Position numbers and translations under genes: made by a program
Assembly (NCBI GenBank): GCA_013239625.1
Contig: MU054187.1
Span: 17,972,711-18,036,710 of the forward strand
Length of the DNA stretch: 64,000 nucleotides
Direction of reading: 5' to 3'
Origin: Lama guanicoe
Lineage: Eukaryota
In this document: positions 37,542 through 48,950 of the stretch, one piece after another
How the letters are laid out: every line of letters starts with the position of its first letter
Position numbering within the stretch: position 1 is the first letter of the stretch
Notes under the pieces: generated by a model
Seen by the model: the letters and a program-made list of their open reading frames with translations, nothing else
Database searches by the model: none
Told to the model about the DNA's origin: nothing

Positions 37542-38049
37542 TGCATTTTAAGAAGGTGAGGTTTCCAGTTTGATGGAGCTGAAAGGCTATTAACGTCAGG
37601 TCTCAATGATACAGAAACCATGGTGTCAGGAGGAGTCAATAGAACATAGGAAGCTTAGTTCGACCCTGCCCAGCATTCGTTTTGCTGCTGGAGCAGGGCT
37701 TAAAAGCCAATAATATAAATTATTAAAATAGTAATTGTTATTCTGTAATAATCATGTAACATTAACATTAAAAATATGTAATTGAAATTCTAATCTAATA
37801 CCAACTGTGAGGGAATGTTACAATCAGAACCGAAATCCTTTACCTAAGGAATTTCGTTGCATCAGACCTCATAGTGGTTTTATAAAAAAGCACAATATAC
37901 TTGATCAATGCCACCTTCTCCGTTGTGCTCCAAGATCCACAAAGGCTTTTAAATAAAGCTTAGGTATGGAAAGAAAAGGGACCAGAAATATTCTCTAGAA
38001 GAGAAGTTATTCTCTGGTCCAGTAAAAAAGAAACATTCCCGTTGAGCAG

Positions 38050-38992
38050 AAGTGGCTAGTTGGCTAAGGCTTCTGGAACAAAGCACCACAAACTGGGTGG
38101 CTTAATCAACAGAAATTTATTGTTTCACAGTTTGGGAGGCTGGGAAGTTCAAGATCAAGGTGTTAGCAGGGCTGATTCCTTCTGAGGTGACATAGAACCT
38201 GTTCCAGGTCTCTCTTGTAGCTTCCAGCGGTTTGCTGGCAATCTTTGGCATTTCTTGGCTTACAAACGTATCACCTTGATCTCTACTTTATGTTCACATG
38301 GCATTCTGTGTGTGTGTGTGTGTGTGTATGCCCAAGTATTTCTCCCTTTTATAAGGACACCAATCATTTTGGACTGGGGCCCATGCTCCTCTAGTAAGAT
38401 CTTCTCTTAACTAATTATATCTGCAATGACGTTATTTTCAAAGAAGGTCACATTCTAAGGTATTGGAGGCTAGAACTTCAACATAGAAATAGTATTTGTT
38501 GCCTATCACCTTGAGTAGAAGTCCAAACACTTCTGCGCACAGCATCCCGGTATCAGAGTGGCCGAGGTAAACACAGCACGTGGTCAAGCACTGGATGGAG
38601 CGAGGCTTTGCTCTTCGCAGAGAAGAGACAGAGCAAGATCATCTTCTGTCGTGGGCATCAGTCTCCCAGGTCCAGCAGGTCCCTCAGCAGCCGGCACAGG
38701 GCAACTGTGAGCTGCCACAGAAGGACCCCACCCCCTCCCTGCAGGGGACAGAAACAGCATTGGGGTTGGCCAGGTGCCACACGACACCCATACTGAGCAG
38801 AGCAAAGATGTACACGCTGAGTCTGAAGCAGGGAAAGATAGTTTCCCACGAGGTGGAAAACCCAGCGCAGACTGCTCTTGGGCTGTTAGAAGGATGTATC
38901 CAAGCCCGTGGCCCATTCTTCCGTGGCCAAGAGTGGGGTCAAAAGACTCTGCCCCTGAGACCGCCTTTCCCAACAGAGTTCAACACAGAGCA
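38050..38992 (-). mobile_element. MLT1C-like MaLR LTR with a (TG)n tract, interrupted near its end by another LTR
   Basis: 'caccacaaactgggtggctta...aatttattg...aaggtcacattctaaggtattgga...ttcaacat'. The residual end 'ttcaacacagagca' lies after 38975. Confidence 0.88.
38497..38975 (-). mobile_element. Complete ERVL-class solo LTR (LTR47/LTR75-like)
   Basis: TGTTG...CAACA inverted termini, about 480 bp, GC-rich. Accounts for the overlapping ORFs at 38580-39047. Confidence 0.75.
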
Positions 38993-39109
38993 CATAGGTT
39001 ATGTTTTATCCCAGAGCTACGTATGCTGTATTTATGATCACATTTAACCCTCATAATGAATACTGGGACAGAAATTTATGTAATATAAATTCTTCTTAAA
39101 TATTATGAA

Positions 39110-39250
39110 GCTAATGAGTCAGCTGGGTGTCTTGTTAAAATGCAGAGCCTATGCAGTAGGTGGAAGGCAAGGTCTGGGAGTCTGTATTTCGAACAGTTCC
39201 TGGGGAAAGCTCATGACTCCGGTTAGCACAGCACTTCCAACAGCAAAGAC
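39110..39250. mobile_element. MER5A-like fragment
   Basis: 'tcagctgggtgtcttgttaaaatgcaga...cagtaggt...gagtctgtatttc'. Confidence 0.6.
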
Positions 39251-39651
39251 TAATGCAGTTGTGAATGAGGACCCTAATTCTGAAACCCATACTGTTTCTG
39301 CTACAACATTCCACTCCTTAGAAGAAAAGGAAAGAAGAAAGAAAATAGAAAAAAGAAGGAAAGGAGGAAAAAGAGATGCAAAGGAATACAAATAGGACAT
39401 GGGATTTTTGCGAGCGTGTTTCTATCTAGAGCAATTTAAAATAAACGATAAAATCCATCATCAAAAGAAAAAAAAAGGAACACCTACATCTTGTTCCAAA
39501 TTAGTTTACATTCCACTTCTGCACATCACTAATTTTTAACCTTGTAGTATTCGGGTGAGCGGCAGAGTAGGGAGCTACATGGTACTCAGGAGAGTGACTA
39601 GGTACTTGCTGGATGTGGCAAGTCACACATCACCTTTTCAACAATCTATAG

Positions 39652-39855
39652 CAGAGGTCAGCAAACTTCTTAAAGGGCCATACAGTAAATATTTTAGAGT
39701 TTGCAGGCCAAAAGGCACAAGCAGGGCTATTACGCGAGGACTTACATAACTATTTAAAATGTGATCATTTAAAAATATAAACCATTCTTAGCTCACAGAC
39801 TCTTTAGGAAAAAAGAAAAAGACAAAAACATTAACAGGTGGTTTATGGACCTCTG
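39652..39855. mobile_element. Complete MER58-like hAT MITE
   Basis: TIRs cagaggtcagcaaac / gtttatggacctctg. 8-bp TSD ATCTATAG (39644-39651) / ATCTATAA (39856-39863). Confidence 0.88.
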
Positions 39856-40239
39856 ATCTATAATGTAGCAGTTCATACATACAAAATCTAATGTAATTTT
39901 CTAAGTTAAACTGGCTTATTAAAATGTTTGGCACAGTGTTCTAAGGGAATATATACTGGGTCCAAGACTGAACCAGATCACAGTTAGTACAGCGTCTTGT
40001 CTATAGTAAATATTAAATAAATGTTAGTGAATACATTTTATCACTGTTATCTTACATCAGAAAAAAAACTCAGCTTGTTCTCTAGGTTGGAACAGGTGTA
40101 ACTTGAAGATACAGATTTTTCAGGCATCCAGGAAAAAGAAAAATAAAGACCAGATGTAGCCAAAATGAAAGGCTTTCTCAGTGACTTAACTGCTCAAGCT
40201 GGTTCATAATAACTCTCTCTAGCCCTGTCTCTATAAGAC

Positions 40240-40792
40240 ATTATTACGGACTGCATGCTAGTGTGGCCTCAAAGTTCATACACTGAAATCCTAATACAGA
40301 ATGAGGTAGTATAAAGATGTGAGGCCTTGGGAGGTAATTAGATCACGGGGTGAAACCATCTCGGTGATGGCATTAGTGTCTTACAAATTAGGGGTTGGCA
40401 GACTCACATTATATAAATGTATATAAAATAGATAAACAACAAGGACCTATTGTAGAGCACTGGAAACTATATTCAATTTCTTGTAATAACATGTAATGGA
40501 AAAGAATCTGAAAAGAAAAATATATATATGTATGTACATATATAACTGAATCTCACATACACACACACACACACACTGCTCTCTCAGGCTCTCTTTCTCC
40601 CCCCTCTCTCTGTCTGCTCTCCGCCGTGTGAGAATACAAGGAGAAGACAGCCTGCAAAGTAGCCAGAGGGCTCTTAACCAGACACACCTTGATCTTGGAC
40701 TCCCAACCTCCAGAAACGTGAGGAAATAAATGTTTGTTGTTTAAGCCACCAGACTATAATGATCTGTCATAGCAGCCTGAGCTGACTCAGAC
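40240..40792 (+). mobile_element. MLT1A-like MaLR LTR interrupted by an L1 fragment
   Basis: 5' part 'aagttcatacactgaaatcctaa...gggaggtaattagatca'. 3' part 'accttgatcttggactcccaacctccagaa...aataaatgtttgttgtttaagccacc'. Confidence 0.88.
40385..40576 (+). mobile_element. Artiodactyl L1 3' UTR fragment ending in (CA)n instead of poly(A)
   Basis: 'tatataaaatagataaacaacaaggacctattgtagagcac...ataactgaatc' then (CA)n. Confidence 0.85.
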
Positions 40793-41473
40793 GACATCTC
40801 ACGTCTCCCATCAAATAGCTGTCATCCTCAGCCATGCTGCAGCAAAGCCGGTGTGTTGCATCTAAAATGTGTAGGTCAGAAAATGCTTTCCTCTGGGTGA
40901 ACTGAGAACAGTTGAAGGTCATATTTCAAAGGTACTTCAAAGCTTCAGAAAACAGCAGCCATGTCGCTGCCTGATAACTCTGTTTATGAAAGGAAACAGA
41001 AAAACCTGGAGTAGTCGGGATTTCAGTAATTGTTTCTCTTTCAAATTTTTGCTGCGTAAGGGTGTATGCACACCGTCATCCAGCCTTGCAGACACAGGTG
41101 TGTATTTGCATCCAGTAACAGGTGTCTCTTCTTCTGTGCTGCCTGGTGCCAACTTCGGTGCAGCACGCTACTCCCACCGCTCACTGCAGCCAGACTCTTC
41201 CTGGTGTCTGCGGGGGTGGGGGGGGTACTTTTCTGGGAGAAGGAGGCGAAGAAGCTACATTGGTTCCAGAACTCTGTACACAATGGACTATTAATATATC
41301 TTTCTTTATGATGATAAAAATCATCAACAGCACTTGTAGCTCATGGAATGGCAACACTTCCCAAAGTGGACACTAGAGAACACATTCCCTTTACTTTTCT
41401 GTTACCCAGTGCTTCTGAAACTGTTTTGACTACAGACTTTTTTCTCCATCAAGAGTTATAAAAATCTTACAAA

Positions 41474-41692
41474 AGTTCAGAATTTGCAGATACTAACTAC
41501 TGTATATAAAATAGATAAACAATAAGGTCCTACTGTATGGCACAAGGAACTACATTCAATACCTTGTAATAGTCTATAAGGAAAAAGAATATGAAAATGA
41601 ATATATACATAAAACTGGATTACTGTGCTGTACACCAGAAATTAACACAACATTGTAAACTGACTATACTTCAGAAAAAAAAAGAAAAAAGA
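41474..41692 (+). mobile_element. Short camelid L1 3' end with A-tail
   Basis: 'gcagatactaactactgtatataaaatagataaac...tgtaaactgactatacttcagaaaaaaaaagaaaaaag'. Confidence 0.9.
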
Positions 41693-41819
41693 AATATAGC
41701 ATAACTAAAAAGCATAGCTCAGCAATTGCCAAGATTTTTATATGTTTGTTTAGATGATAAGATAGCATGGCCTCATGAAGCTGAATGGCTCCAGTATTTC
41801 ACTTAAGACAGATGAAAAT

Positions 41820-42789
41820 CTAAGAAACTAGGTGATTTCCTGATAAGATCAGGAGAAAGGAAAGGACGTCCACTTTCAATTGTCCTGTTCAAAATTGCAC
41901 TGGAAGCCTTACTTAAAGGAATTGTTTTCTTATACATCAGTATTTAAAAATTGGAATTTGGTATTAAAAACACAACACTATTTACATTAACAGCAAAAAA
42001 TGAAATACTTAGGTATAAATCTGACAAAATACATACGGGATCTATATGAGGAAAATTGCAAAACTGATAAAAAAAATCAAGATCTAAATAAATGGAGATT
42101 TAGTCCATGTGCATGAATAGGAAAGCTCAATATTACCAAGATGTCAGTTCCTGTCAACTTGATCTGTAAATGCAATGTAATCCCAATCGAAATCCCAGCA
42201 GGTTACTTTTTGGATATTGATAAACTGACTCTAACATTCATATTGAAAAGGTAAACAACCAAAATAGCCAATGTAATATTGAAAGAGAAGAACAGAGTAC
42301 AGACACTTTGTGATTCAAGACTGACTACAAAGCTATATAATCAAGACAGTGTGGTTTTGGTGAAAGAATAAACAGATCAATGGAACAGAATAGAGAGCTC
42401 AGAAACAGACACAAATATAGTCAAATGATCTTTGACACAGAAGCAAAAGCAATCCGATGGAAAGTCTTCTTAACAAGTGATTCTGGAATAAATGGACAGG
42501 CACATGCAGAAATAAATAAATAAATGCAGACACAGACCTCAGACCTGTCACAGAAATTAACTCAAAATACACCATACTCCTAAATATAAAATGAAAAAAA
42601 AAAACTATAAAACTCCTAGAAGATAACATAGGAAAAAAAAAATAGGTGACCTTGGTTTGGGGATGACTTTTTAGATTCAACACCAGAAACATGATCCACG
42701 AAAGAAAAATTAAGCAGTTGGACTTCATTAAAACTGAAAATGTCTACTCTGTAAAAGACACTGTTAAGAAAATGAAAAGACAAGTCACA
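41820..42789 (+). mobile_element. L1M ORF2 (RT/C-terminal) fragment
   Basis: 'aaatacttaggtataaatct', 'atcccaatcgaaatcccagcagg', 'gatcaatggaacagaatagagag' and 'aaactcctagaagataacatagg'. Confidence 0.88.
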
Positions 42790-42858
42790 GCTATACAGAA
42801 GAAACTTGTTGTTTATTCTATACATAGTAGTTAGTGTCTGCCAATCTCGAACTCCCAA
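42790..42858 (-). mobile_element. About 70-bp young L1 3' UTR fragment without a tail
   Basis: 'gctatacagaagaaacttgttgtttattctatacatagtagttagtgtctgccaatctcgaactcccaa' matches the other L1 3' copies in this window. Confidence 0.8.
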
Positions 42859-42945
42859 GGGAAAGAGGGCTTTGTGCGCAATGATCCTAGGATAACAGAC
42901 ATAAACTAAGACTATCTCAGGCAAACGTGGACATGTGGTCACCCT
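42859..42945. mobile_element. MER94-like hAT-Blackjack, one half
   Basis: 'ggataacagacataaactaagactatctcaggcaaacgtggacatgtggtcaccct'. Confidence 0.7.
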
Positions 42946-45900
42946 TTTCTCACACCAGCTACATAAAGAAAAGTTCTCTTCATGTGAAACCTAAGTGCGA
43001 TACATCCAAGAATAGAACATCTTATATTTCAGATAGAATCTGAGCTTCAGACAAAGAAAGCCTCAGGAGAATTTGCCTAAAATTCTTTAATTACTTTCAT
43101 GGGCACTAGAATCATTATTAACTTTTAATATAAGAATCTTCAATATTAAACTCTAATTTCTTAAAGGCATTAAAGATAAATATAGACAAATATTTCTCAT
43201 CTATTCCCCATTCAGATTTCCAAAGGCCAATTTAGAATCTCCAGATTTGTAGCTAAATTAATATCAAGAATTATTTTTAAATTATGTCTAGCATTGCATT
43301 TTTGAAAAGCTAAACACTGGCAATTTACAAAAAACATTCTCTGTATGTTTGTGTCATGTTCAAGATGTTGGCTCACAAGAAAAATTCATGAATGGCAAAC
43401 ATACATTTAGATTGTGGCAAAGCTCAGCTGCCGTGCCATATGCAAATTGGATTCCCCTATCTCCCAATACCAACGCAGCGATTGGTGGACTTTAGGGCTT
43501 TCCTTATGAAGACAAATGCAGGAATTCCGTATACTTAGAGCTATAGAAAATTTTAGGACAAAAGTTCAAGTCTTTATGTGGATCAAAATATACCATAATC
43601 TGAAATTTTTAGTTCAGCAAAACCACCATAATCACCAAAGATACGAATAAGCCTGTCCTTGTCAGTGTGACTTGGTGGCTGGGCTTTAATCAACAATGTG
43701 GGATACAGTTTCCCTGAAACCATCTTGCACTGGGCTGCTGACATGAATGGGGTCCTTGAGACAGCCATCATACTTTAGATCACCATCCAGGCCTTAAGGT
43801 AGGGTTATCTATTTTAGGTATTTGGGCTACATTTGACTACCCCTCACTTTGATTTTCAACTCCCTTGACTGGCATGGTTAGGAGAATATAAGGACTATGT
43901 TTTGAGCTATCTGGCCTTCAGTTCAGTGCTCCATTCATTGGACAGAACTGGTTAGAAATAAGGAGCAGGGGACAAATTCTGCAGATCTAACTTCCCAACA
44001 AAAGCTTCCCTCGACAACCTAATGATTTCATCCCATAGACTACCTGCTCTCCACTCTAGCATCCAAAGCTCACTGTTCCTTCTTTTGGCTTCCTCAACAC
44101 CTTTCAGTAGTTAACCATGAGGACAGAGGGTAGGGAGATCTTCCCAATTTTACTTCTGTTACCAACTGCATCATTTTAGGTGAACTGCTTATTGGTAGCC
44201 AGAGAGCTACATGGCCATGCACATGTGTCTGTAAACACACACACGCACACACACACACACACACCAGCAATGGAAGAGTTTCTCTTTTATTCAGTCATAA
44301 CAGAAGAGGAGGATGCACACTTCACGGGAGCAGATGCTGTGCATGTCAGTTACCTACATTTGTCACTCAGAGTTCTTCAAGTCAAGATGCTACTGAAATA
44401 TTGGTATCTACACAGGAAAGAGACCTACTAGATTCGAGAAGCTTTAGTTTCATTGTGCCTCAGCCCTTTTATATTCAAAGCTTTTATTCCTCCATTCAGG
44501 AAGAATTTAAACTAATAGTTTATGCCCTTAGAAGAAAGTATTCGCCTGTGCTTGAGCCAAGTTCAGCCTTAGAGAAATCATATCCTATCAGGAGAGAAAG
44601 CAGAGTTCCTCCCTGCCCTGCTGTCACTGAAAAATGTCTCAGCCGCCAGCCTCTCAGTGTCCTAGAAAGCTCACTTCCCAATAGAATTAATTTGGTTAAA
44701 GGCCTGTCAGATGAAAAATTCATATGATCCTTCCCAGAAGCTATTTTTAAAAGTATTTCAGGGGCAAGACCTAGTAGTATTGTTGAACTTCAACCATATG
44801 AATGGCCCTTGAAAATCTAGATTTTGTGAAAGGTGCCTGATAAAGAATTATTCTTTCTCACTGATAGATTTTATTCAGTAAAGAGCAGAGGAAACAAACA
44901 TGAAAAGAAATTTACTTCCTTGAATTTAATTCTAAATTATAAGAAAGAACTGAAGGATTATGTAGATGTGATTAAAAAAAAACTTTGGAGGAAAGTGACA
45001 GGTCATGTTAGTTTCTAAATAATTAAGAATGAAAATAGGCATGTTCGGACATATCTCATACTTTTGTTCTGGGCCTATAAAAGCTTAGAAGAATAAGACC
45101 TATAAACTATGGCAAGTGAGTCAAAAGAAGCCCCCTATTCCAAAAGAATAGTAAATTCTAAAATGAATCACAAAGGAAATATGAGAGGGGATAAATAAAT
45201 AAGCCAATACACCTACCCAGAGAGTTGTTTTGCAATCTTTTATTTTAAGACTATATAGAATGGTCATATCACCAAGGATAAAAGCAAAATAAAAGTATAT
45301 TACAAACCTAAAGAACAGGTCAAGAAAGTTAAAGCTCAGGCTTAAGAAAAACTGTAAAGAAAAAATGAAAAATGTATTTTAGCTACATTGTGGCAAGAAA
45401 ACATACAAGGAAGGGATAAAACACTGGATAGCTGTAAACAGGAGAGGGAAATAATATTGAAGGAAAATCTCTTACAGCGCCAATACTCAGCTAAAAAAAA
45501 AAGTGTAATCTTGTCAGTGAAAAAAAAAAACTGCAAAGACATTATTATCAGTCCCATCTTACACAGAGGAAATTGAAGATCAGAGACATTAGGCAATTTT
45601 CAGAGGCTATGTGACCAGTAAAGGAGCTGCTGGTATCAGATCTTCCCGACCCCCAAAATAACAGAGAAAAAGTAAACAATCAACACCTATTTCACTTATA
45701 TTTTCACTACCAAGGAACACAGTCTTCAAACTGAAACAAGTCAAAAAACTGTAACTAAAATGAAATTAAAATTTTAAATATACAAGAAGGTAATGAAAAC
45801 CTACTCTCCTTGGAATAATTAAAGGCTCAAATGGAGTTACATCCCAGGCTATTGAAACAGCGTGTGTCCCGTAGGTACCTCTTTTATAAAACGGATCACA

Positions 45901-46129
45901 TTTTACTGCATTTGGGGAGAGCAGTTGATCATTCACAACGGATTGTGAGCTTCGTTATATAGCCAGCGACAAACCCACTGCTGGTGTATCCATATGGCTC
46001 TCAATTAACATGTGTCTCATAATGGAACCAGTGTTTTGAAATCAAGAACTAGACATGTATTCAAAGTCATAAAGTATAAATATGTACTGACATTCAAAAC
46101 CAAACAGGAGGAAAACTAAGAAGGTAACT

Positions 46130-46510
46130 GTGACCACTTGAACACCTACTATGTGTCAGTTTCAGATCAGTGCTTGGCACTTTACCTATATTGTCTCATT
46201 TAAGCCTTGCAATACCTGGGTAGAAGATTTTGCATACTAGGAAACCAAAGTTAAATAGATTTAAAGAGTCTCAGATTTCAAATAGCTAAGATCTGCCAGA
46301 AGTGCTGGATTTTAAACCATCACCAGAGCTGAAAGCACGTGCTGGAGTCCTTACTGGCCAAATGATGTTGGAACAAGTTTCTTAATTGCTCTAAGTTTGA
46401 CTTTTCTCTTCTGCAAAATAGGGATAATAACAAAACTCAACTCATAGAAACGTGGCAATTATCTTTGTTAAGAATACCCAAATTTGCATATCACTTAGCA
46501 AGTGCTCAAT
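46130..46510. mobile_element. Two oppositely oriented MIR fragments
   Basis: 46130-46320 antisense ('ttgaacacctactatgtgtcag...tctcatttaagcct'). 46345-46510 sense ('aacaagtttcttaattgctctaag...ctgcaaaatagggataataa'). Confidence 0.6.
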
Positions 46511-47369
46511 TACAGAAACAGCATCAGCAATTCACAATAATTTAAAAACTGCCTTGTTAGGTAGCACGAAGCCATTAGTAATGTGATTCTTTTTCATTTG
46601 GCTGTTTGTTTTTCCTTGTATACAGGGAACCCCAGAGAGAAGGGGGCTTCCACCTCTATCCTTTTCTAAGCCTTCATCATATAGGAGTCCAGGGAGGGTC
46701 AAAAAAATATTAAAACACCATGCACCAAAGCTGCTTAGCAGATACACCTGCACCTGATGGTCGACAAATTGTAGATCATTGCAGCTGAGTTTAGCAAGAT
46801 GCAATCTATGCAGAGTCATTGTGTACCTGAGCAGAACCTAAAACAGGAATCTGGTCTTAGGTGCAGACAAAGATTGCTCCCCTTGAGAAAGCAGCTTTCT
46901 CATCAGTCTCACTCAGCAGAGAGGCTATCCCTTCACATGGGCAGCTTTCTACAGAGGACAAAGCTTTGCCGAGCAAGCTCTACTAAGTGTGGGCTCTCCC
47001 TCAAGCACAGTCGCAGGCCAAGGGACAGAGCACACCCTCATAGACCGCAAGCATGAGCGATCAATTCCTCAGAGATAGTAAGAAAAAAAAAATCAAATGG
47101 ATTTCCGCCTCTAATTTCTCTTTATCTTTTTACTACTTGGGCTGAGGGACTCAGGGCGAGGATAAGTCTGTCCTTCTACAAAGAGAAAACAGCTTCTTGC
47201 TGCTGTTGGGGTAGTGTGAAATAACCAAAGTCATCTGTAAAGTAATTTCCAGTGCATCTGAAGAGTGTCTCTGAAAGGGTCTCAGGGCCCTGGCTAGGAG
47301 AATGTCGGCATCAGAAAGCATCCAAGCAAGCCTCGGGTCACTGTAGCATTCTCAGAGTCACCTGGCAGC

Positions 47370-48180
47370 AAAATTAAATTCATTTAAAAATGATCGAGAT
47401 ACAAATTATGTGCAAACATCTTAAGTTCATTGAATTTTGCCCATATACGTATACTTGGATAGACACACCCAGATCAAGATGCAGAATGTTATTATGGCCC
47501 CAGATAGCTTCCCTCTCTTACGTTTGGGGCATACACTCAGCAGCGGGATTGCGGTATCATATAGTAATTCTATTTTTGTTTATGTTTTTGTTTTTTTATG
47601 GAGACTCCATATTGGTTTTCATAATGGTTGTACCAGTTCACATTCTTACGAACAGTGTGCAAGTGTTCCCTTTCTCTCATCTTCACCAACACTCGTTATC
47701 TTTTTGATGATGGCCATTAAATACAAGACTTGAAACAACAGAACTCCTAGAAAAGATGTAGGGCACTGACATTGTCCTTGGCAATGATTTTTTGGATCTG
47801 ACACCAAAAGCTCAGGCAACAAATGTAAAAACAAGCTAATGGGACTGCATCCAATTAAAAAGCTCTGAGCAGCAAAGGACAGAAGCAACAGAACAAAAAG
47901 GCAATCTATGGATGTGCTGGGAGAAAGCATTTACAAACCATACACATCTGGTAAGGGGTTAATCTCCAAACTACGTAAAAAAAACACTGATACAACTCAA
48001 GAGCAGACAAAACATCCAACTTCAAACCTGAACAAAGGACCTGAATAAACTTTTTCTTTTTTCCAAGGAAGACATACAAATGGCCAACAGGTACCCCAAA
48101 AGGGGGTCTTTTCATCATGACTAATCGTCAGGAAAAAGCAAATCAAAATCATGATGAGATATCACCTCACACCTGTCAAG
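47370..48180 (-). mobile_element. L1 with a 5' inversion (twin-priming structure)
   Basis: Minus-strand L1 at 47520-47718 and plus-strand L1 at 47717-48180 are directly consecutive in the L1 consensus. An L1MC/ME-like 3' end lies at 47370-47515. Confidence 0.8.
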
Positions 48181-48199
48181 GCAGATTCCTTTAGAGGAA

Positions 48200-48950
48200 A
48201 TCTAATGTTTAATCCTAAACCCTAAAAGTGTGCAGTAGGGGGCACTGACTCTTAACCCCAAACCTGGTGAGGGGAGCTGGAGTTGGGGCTTCAGAAGAAC
48301 CACATGAAAGACATGTGTAGCCCTTGCATTCAAGGGACCTGGTCCTGATGCACGCAGAGAAAAGAAAGCGCACCGCGGTGTCAGGGCTGCCGCTGCGTCT
48401 TGGGAGTGATCTCTTGCAGCCCTGCCAGCCAGCCAGAGGCAAGGGATCCAGTGGAACTGGTAGGCTCAGGTGGTTTAAAAGTGGTCTTTCCTAAGAGACG
48501 GCCTAGCAGAAGCCATGGGAGGCCAGAACGCAGAAGTTCCGCAGAATACTCCCAGGGCAGAGCAGGAAGGGGTCTGAAGCTGCCCTGAAAGCCAGACGAC
48601 ACTTCAGAAGCAGGAGGGAATTCATTCCCCGTGTGAAAACTTGGCCCAGGGGAAAACAAGAGTGAGGAATGGGGAGGCAGATACATTCTCATCCCTCTGC
48701 ACCCAGCTCACGTTTCCGAGGGTCAGTGGTTCCAGGAAGTCTGTGAGGAGGGTGACCTGTGTGCAAAAATCAGTTAGGTTTCCGTGCAAGGCTTGGAGCA
48801 GGTTAGTAACACACCCAGCATCTTCACGTGCTCCCCTTCTCCCCCGCCCCAGCGCGCCCCCCTTTCCCCTCACTCTTGCTGTCCTGACGTTGAATCTACC
48901 AGTGAAGCCTGAGCTAAAGCTTTGCCTCCGCAGGTTTTCTATCAAAGACA
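48200..48950 (+). mobile_element. ERVL-class LTR (LTR41/LTR16-like)
   Basis: GC-rich block ending 'cccctcactcttgct...aagctttgcctc...ttttcta...aagaca', a typical LTR41/LTR16-family 3' end. The left boundary is uncertain. Confidence 0.55.
48231..48246 (+). promoter_or_regulatory. CTCF-like core motif
   Basis: TGCAGTAGGGGGCACT versus the consensus core CCASYAGRKGGCRS. Confidence 0.45.

Noticed and set aside
37116..37559. 147-aa ATG ORF
   Set aside because: No recognisable homology. The region is better explained as regulatory, although an exon overlap cannot be excluded.
38580..39047. Five overlapping ORFs up to 155 aa
   Set aside because: They result from GC-rich solo LTR sequence with few stop codons.
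44180..44727. Long open frame after an acceptor-like site near 44293
   Set aside because: The peptide is not recognisable and there is no clear donor. Insufficient support for a coding exon.
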